This document shows, piece after piece, positions 26,296-29,401 of a DNA stretch of 29,401 nt. Where the stretch lies: IMG/VR virus record IMGVR_UViG_3300035140_000038, positions 1-29,401 of that record, one strand, 5' to 3'. This stretch comes from a virus (Duplodnaviria > Caudoviricetes). The notes below the pieces were generated by a model, which saw nothing but the letters and a program-made list of their open reading frames with translations, was not told the DNA's origin and did not search any database. The position numbers were made by a program, and so were the translations under genes. Position 1 is the stretch's first letter; every line of letters starts with the position of its first letter.

Positions 26296-27114
26296 ATGAC
26301 TCAATTATGTATTAATTGCCACCAAAGGGCTAGAAACACAGCAAGGAACAATGCTAAATATGGATTATGTGATAGTTGCTATTATGATTTGATCGAAAAA
26401 AAAGAAGTATGCGTGGCATGTGGTTTTAGCTCTGATATTGTTAATAATTTATGTTTTTCGTGTAGAAAATTATATGATATTGACATGAATATATTGAAGA
26501 TAGAGCAACAATATACAGTTGGAGAACCAAGTGCAATAATTCAAGCGAAAATAAAAAATATGACTTTTGCTAATTTCAGAGGCACGAAAAACAATGAAAA
26601 AGCAATGCAAAAAGCTAGTCAGTTTGCAAATGGGCATATAAAAGGATTATGGCTATTTTCAGACAACTATGGCAATGGGAAAACTCACTTATTATTTGCT
26701 GCTATGTTTGAGTCTTTGAAAAAATACAAAAAATGTTATTATATCAATACTAAAATTTTCATTGAAAAAATTATAGCAAAAAAAAGTCAATATAGATCAA
26801 TTGAACAAACTTTTCTTGACGAGCTCAAAATTTTGCCATTACTAAAGCAAGACTATATATTTTGGGATGAAATAATAACAGAAAGTAGTTCAATTTTGAA
26901 TCTAAAATTATACTTTCGTTTGCTGTGTAATTTCTTGGGAACTATTTGCCTTAATGACAAGCCTAGAATTTTTTGTGTCAGCAATAAGAAGCTAAATTAT
27001 TTAAGTGGAAAAATTGACGGAGACGTCTATAGCAGATTGAAAGCATTATTTGATACATTTATAATTAACGAAGAAAAAACAGATTGGAGGATCAATGCGA
27101 AAAATAAAGTTTAG
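26296..27114 (+). CDS. DnaC/IstB-like ATPase (helicase loader)
   Basis: TFANF, Walker A YGNGKTHL, Walker B YIFWDE, VSN, SRL; N-terminal Cys pairs. Confidence 0.85.
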   Translation: MTQLCINCHQRARNTARNNAKYGLCDSCYYDLIEKKEVCVACGFSSDIVNNLCFSCRKLYDIDMNILKIEQQYTVGEPSAIIQAKIKNMTFANFRGTKNNEKAMQKASQFANGHIKGLWLFSDNYGNGKTHLLFAAMFESLKKYKKCYYINTKIFIEKIIAKKSQYRSIEQTFLDELKILPLLKQDYIFWDEIITESSSILNLKLYFRLLCNFLGTICLNDKPRIFCVSNKKLNYLSGKIDGDVYSRLKALFDTFIINEEKTDWRINAKNKV

Positions 27115-27331
27115 AGGGCAAAGTTTAGAAACTAAAAAGTGGGTTTATGGATATTTAGTAGGAGAGAATTATATTATACATGACTATGATGATATGAGCA
27201 ATGCTATTGAAGTCGATCCAGGAACAGTCGGTGAGTATACTGGCGTAAAAGATATAAATGGTAAAGAAATATATGAAGGTGATATTGTCAAAATATACCG
27301 AGGGCTAAACTCTAACAGAAGAAATTGTTAA
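27095..27331 (+). pseudogene. YopX-family protein, N-terminal half
   Basis: MRKIKFRG...WVYG...TVGEYTGVKDINGKEIYEGDIV; stops before the usual C-terminal VIGNIY motif. Confidence 0.8.
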
Positions 27332-27437
27332 AATAAATGATGATTTAATGGATGCTTTAAGGTATACAATAGCAAGTAATCCTAGATATGATATTTATGA
27401 AACGAGTCGTTTACCCACACCGGTACCGTGGTATTAA
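27309..27437 (+). pseudogene. Fragment resembling the extreme C-terminus of a terminase large subunit, with no start codon upstream of the motif
   Basis: Frame 27309 reads TLTEEIVKINDDLMDALRYTIASNPRYDIYETSRLPTPVPWY*. Confidence 0.65.
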
Positions 27438-27532
<95 letters not shown>

Positions 27533-27548
27533 AGAAAAAGGAGGTTTT

Positions 27549-27914
27549 ATGCAAAAAGAACATGTAATTTACTCTATTGTAATTCGCGATACCGAGGCAG
27601 CACAATTCCTTTGTGTAAATAAACAATACACTAAAATTCTAAAAAGATCAATAGGTAGTATTTTAGAATTTACAGTAATAGGCAGCATCTATCAAAATAA
27701 AGAGCTCGTGATATGCAATGATAAAATTAAAGACTTTAAAAATGAAATAATTTATTTAAAATTTGATATCAAAGAACTTCAAGAAACAGTAAGAGAAAAA
27801 TATAGAGAGATTTATGAATTAAATAAAAAAATAGATAGAAAAAATAAAAAGATTTTAGAATTGTATAAAGAAAATAAAGAGCTTAAAGAAAGAATCAAAA
27901 AAAATAGAATGTGA
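27549..27914 (+). CDS. YopX C-terminal half fused to a coiled-coil tail
   Basis: ATG 27549 after AAGGAGG; VIRDTEAAQF...FTVIGSIYQNKELV matches the YopX C-terminal motif. Confidence 0.65.
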   Translation: MQKEHVIYSIVIRDTEAAQFLCVNKQYTKILKRSIGSILEFTVIGSIYQNKELVICNDKIKDFKNEIIYLKFDIKELQETVREKYREIYELNKKIDRKNKKILELYKENKELKERIKKNRM

Positions 27915-27946
27915 TCACGACGAAATATATAAAAAGGAGAAAATAC

Positions 27947-28180
27947 ATGATATTAGATATAATTATATATTTATTAATAGGTTTGATTTTATTTTTCTTA
28001 TTTTTAGATCATGAAATAAATTTAGAAAACATTCACCAAAAAAAGATGGATAAAATGCAGAAAAAATTTACTGATTTAAATTTTGAATATTTAGAATTAG
28101 CTAAAGATTCGGAACTTAAAGAGAAGGAATTAAAAGAGAAAATCAAGAATTTAGAAAAAATAATAGAGGTGAAAGTATGA
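27947..28180 (+). CDS. Small membrane-anchored coiled-coil protein
   Basis: ATG 27947 after AAGGAG; N-terminal TM helix. Confidence 0.7.
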   Translation: MILDIIIYLLIGLILFFLFLDHEINLENIHQKKMDKMQKKFTDLNFEYLELAKDSELKEKELKEKIKNLEKIIEVKV

Positions 28181-28205
28181 ATATTGTTAATGGAGGCTTA
28201 ATAAA

Positions 28206-29162
28206 ATGAAACAAATATTCAAAACTATATATGGCTCAAGACTATATGGGACATCAACAACATCAAGTGATTATGATTATAAAGGTGTTTTTTTGCCTCC
28301 TAAACAAAATTTATACTTGGGTCGCTGTCCTAAAAGTACTAGTTCAAATACTAACAATGACTCGTGTAAAAATTCTAGTAAAGATATTGACTTTGAAAAC
28401 TATTCAATACAATTTTTTTTGAAACTAGCTTCGCAAGGACAAACAGTGGCCTTAGATATGCTTCATGTTCAAAGGCAACAAGCTAATATTTGGAGTCCTA
28501 CATGGGAATTTTTGCATAAAAATAGAAAAAAGTTTCATACGAAAAGTTTAAAATCTTATTTTGGATATTGCAGAAAACAAGCTTCAAAATATGGCGTTAA
28601 GGGTTCAAGATTATCGGATGTAAAAAGAGTTATAGACTTGCTCCAAGCATATATTAACTCTGGGCGAGGAAGTCTTATATTAAATCAAATTTGGGATATC
28701 TTACCAGAAGGAGAACATATTGAAAAGATTATAATTGCAGAATCTATGCAAAAAGACAAAAGAGCTTATAGTGTTTGCGGTCGAAAAGTAATGGCCACAT
28801 CAAAAATTGAATATATTATGAGTGTTTTTCAAAAAATATATGACAATTATGGGGAGCGAGCAAAAAAAGCAGAGTCAAACAAAGGAATTGATTGGAAAGC
28901 TATATCCCACGCCTTTAGAGCTGGGTTGCAACTCAAAGAAATATATACAACAAATGATCTTGTTTTCCCTCTGAAAGATGCTAAATTTTTACTAGAAATA
29001 AAAAATGGAAAGTTAAATTTTAAAAATGACGTTCAAAAACAACTTGAAGATTTAATCGATGAAATTGAAATTCTTTCGTCAAAATCTGAATATCCAGAAA
29101 AAGTAGATATATCTTTTTTTGAGAATTTTATTATTGAGTGTTATAAAAAAGAGGGAATATAA
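28206..29162 (+). CDS. DNA polymerase beta-superfamily nucleotidyltransferase (RlaP/YcgL, T4 NrdC.11-like)
   Basis: GSRLYGT...SDYDYKGVF catalytic motif; GQTVALDMLH, QASKYG, DWKAISHA. Confidence 0.88.
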   Translation: MKQIFKTIYGSRLYGTSTTSSDYDYKGVFLPPKQNLYLGRCPKSTSSNTNNDSCKNSSKDIDFENYSIQFFLKLASQGQTVALDMLHVQRQQANIWSPTWEFLHKNRKKFHTKSLKSYFGYCRKQASKYGVKGSRLSDVKRVIDLLQAYINSGRGSLILNQIWDILPEGEHIEKIIIAESMQKDKRAYSVCGRKVMATSKIEYIMSVFQKIYDNYGERAKKAESNKGIDWKAISHAFRAGLQLKEIYTTNDLVFPLKDAKFLLEIKNGKLNFKNDVQKQLEDLIDEIEILSSKSEYPEKVDISFFENFIIECYKKEGI

Positions 29163-29163
29163 A

Positions 29164-29401
29164 ATGAGAGAAGAAGACCAAATACAAATAGCATTCGTTC
29201 AATATATGCGACTGAAATATCCTAAATTGTTGTTTACAATAAGTCCTATTTCAAAATATAAAAAAGTTGTAAATAAGAAAGGTAGAGTTTATTGCCCTGA
29301 AGGCGTCAAGCAAAAACAAATGGGGTATGAAAAATATACACTTGATATTATGATTTTTAAAGCAAAAGGGACTTATTCTAAAGAATATTATTTTGGGCTA
29401 C
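29164..29401 (+). CDS. VRR-NUC-like nuclease, 3'-partial
   Basis: MREEDQIQIAFVQYMRLKYP...KQMGY...LDIMI; open to the window end. Confidence 0.7.
   Translation, partial: MREEDQIQIAFVQYMRLKYPKLLFTISPISKYKKVVNKKGRVYCPEGVKQKQMGYEKYTLDIMIFKAKGTYSKEYYFGL

Noticed and set aside
480-26304. Numerous minus-strand and nested alternative-frame ORFs
   Set aside because: They are shadows of well-supported + strand genes or of repeats, with no recognisable motifs.

Overview
AT-rich, all-plus-strand segment of a tailed dsDNA phage or prophage with a contractile (Mu-like) tail, probably infecting a diderm bacterium. Gene order: tape measure (5'-partial), Mu gp43-gp48-like baseplate genes, tail fibre and chaperone (1-7967); a separately promoted block of signal-peptide-bearing proteins, some built from virion-fibre-type domains (8210-14527); lysis module with an M15 endolysin (14557-16123); a ~280-nt promoter- and terminator-bounded structured non-coding region; an early region driven by three near-identical consensus sigma70 promoter/RBS cassettes that includes an IbrA/IbrB (PAPS-reductase-like + ParB-like) pair; a recombination module (putative annealing protein + Cas4-like exonuclease); a replication initiator + DnaC-like loader; a yopX gene apparently split by a terminase-tail/tRNA-Ser insert; an RlaP/Pol-beta nucleotidyltransferase; and a 3'-partial VRR-NUC nuclease. 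No integrase, transposase or reverse transcriptase is visible. Most notable: Sec/lipoprotein signal peptides on fibre-like proteins, a recurring leader design in which a terminator loop is complementary to an upstream segment, the candidate ncRNA, and the terL-fragment+tRNA insertion. All family calls come from motif recognition by eye, not database searches; RNA structures were paired by hand.
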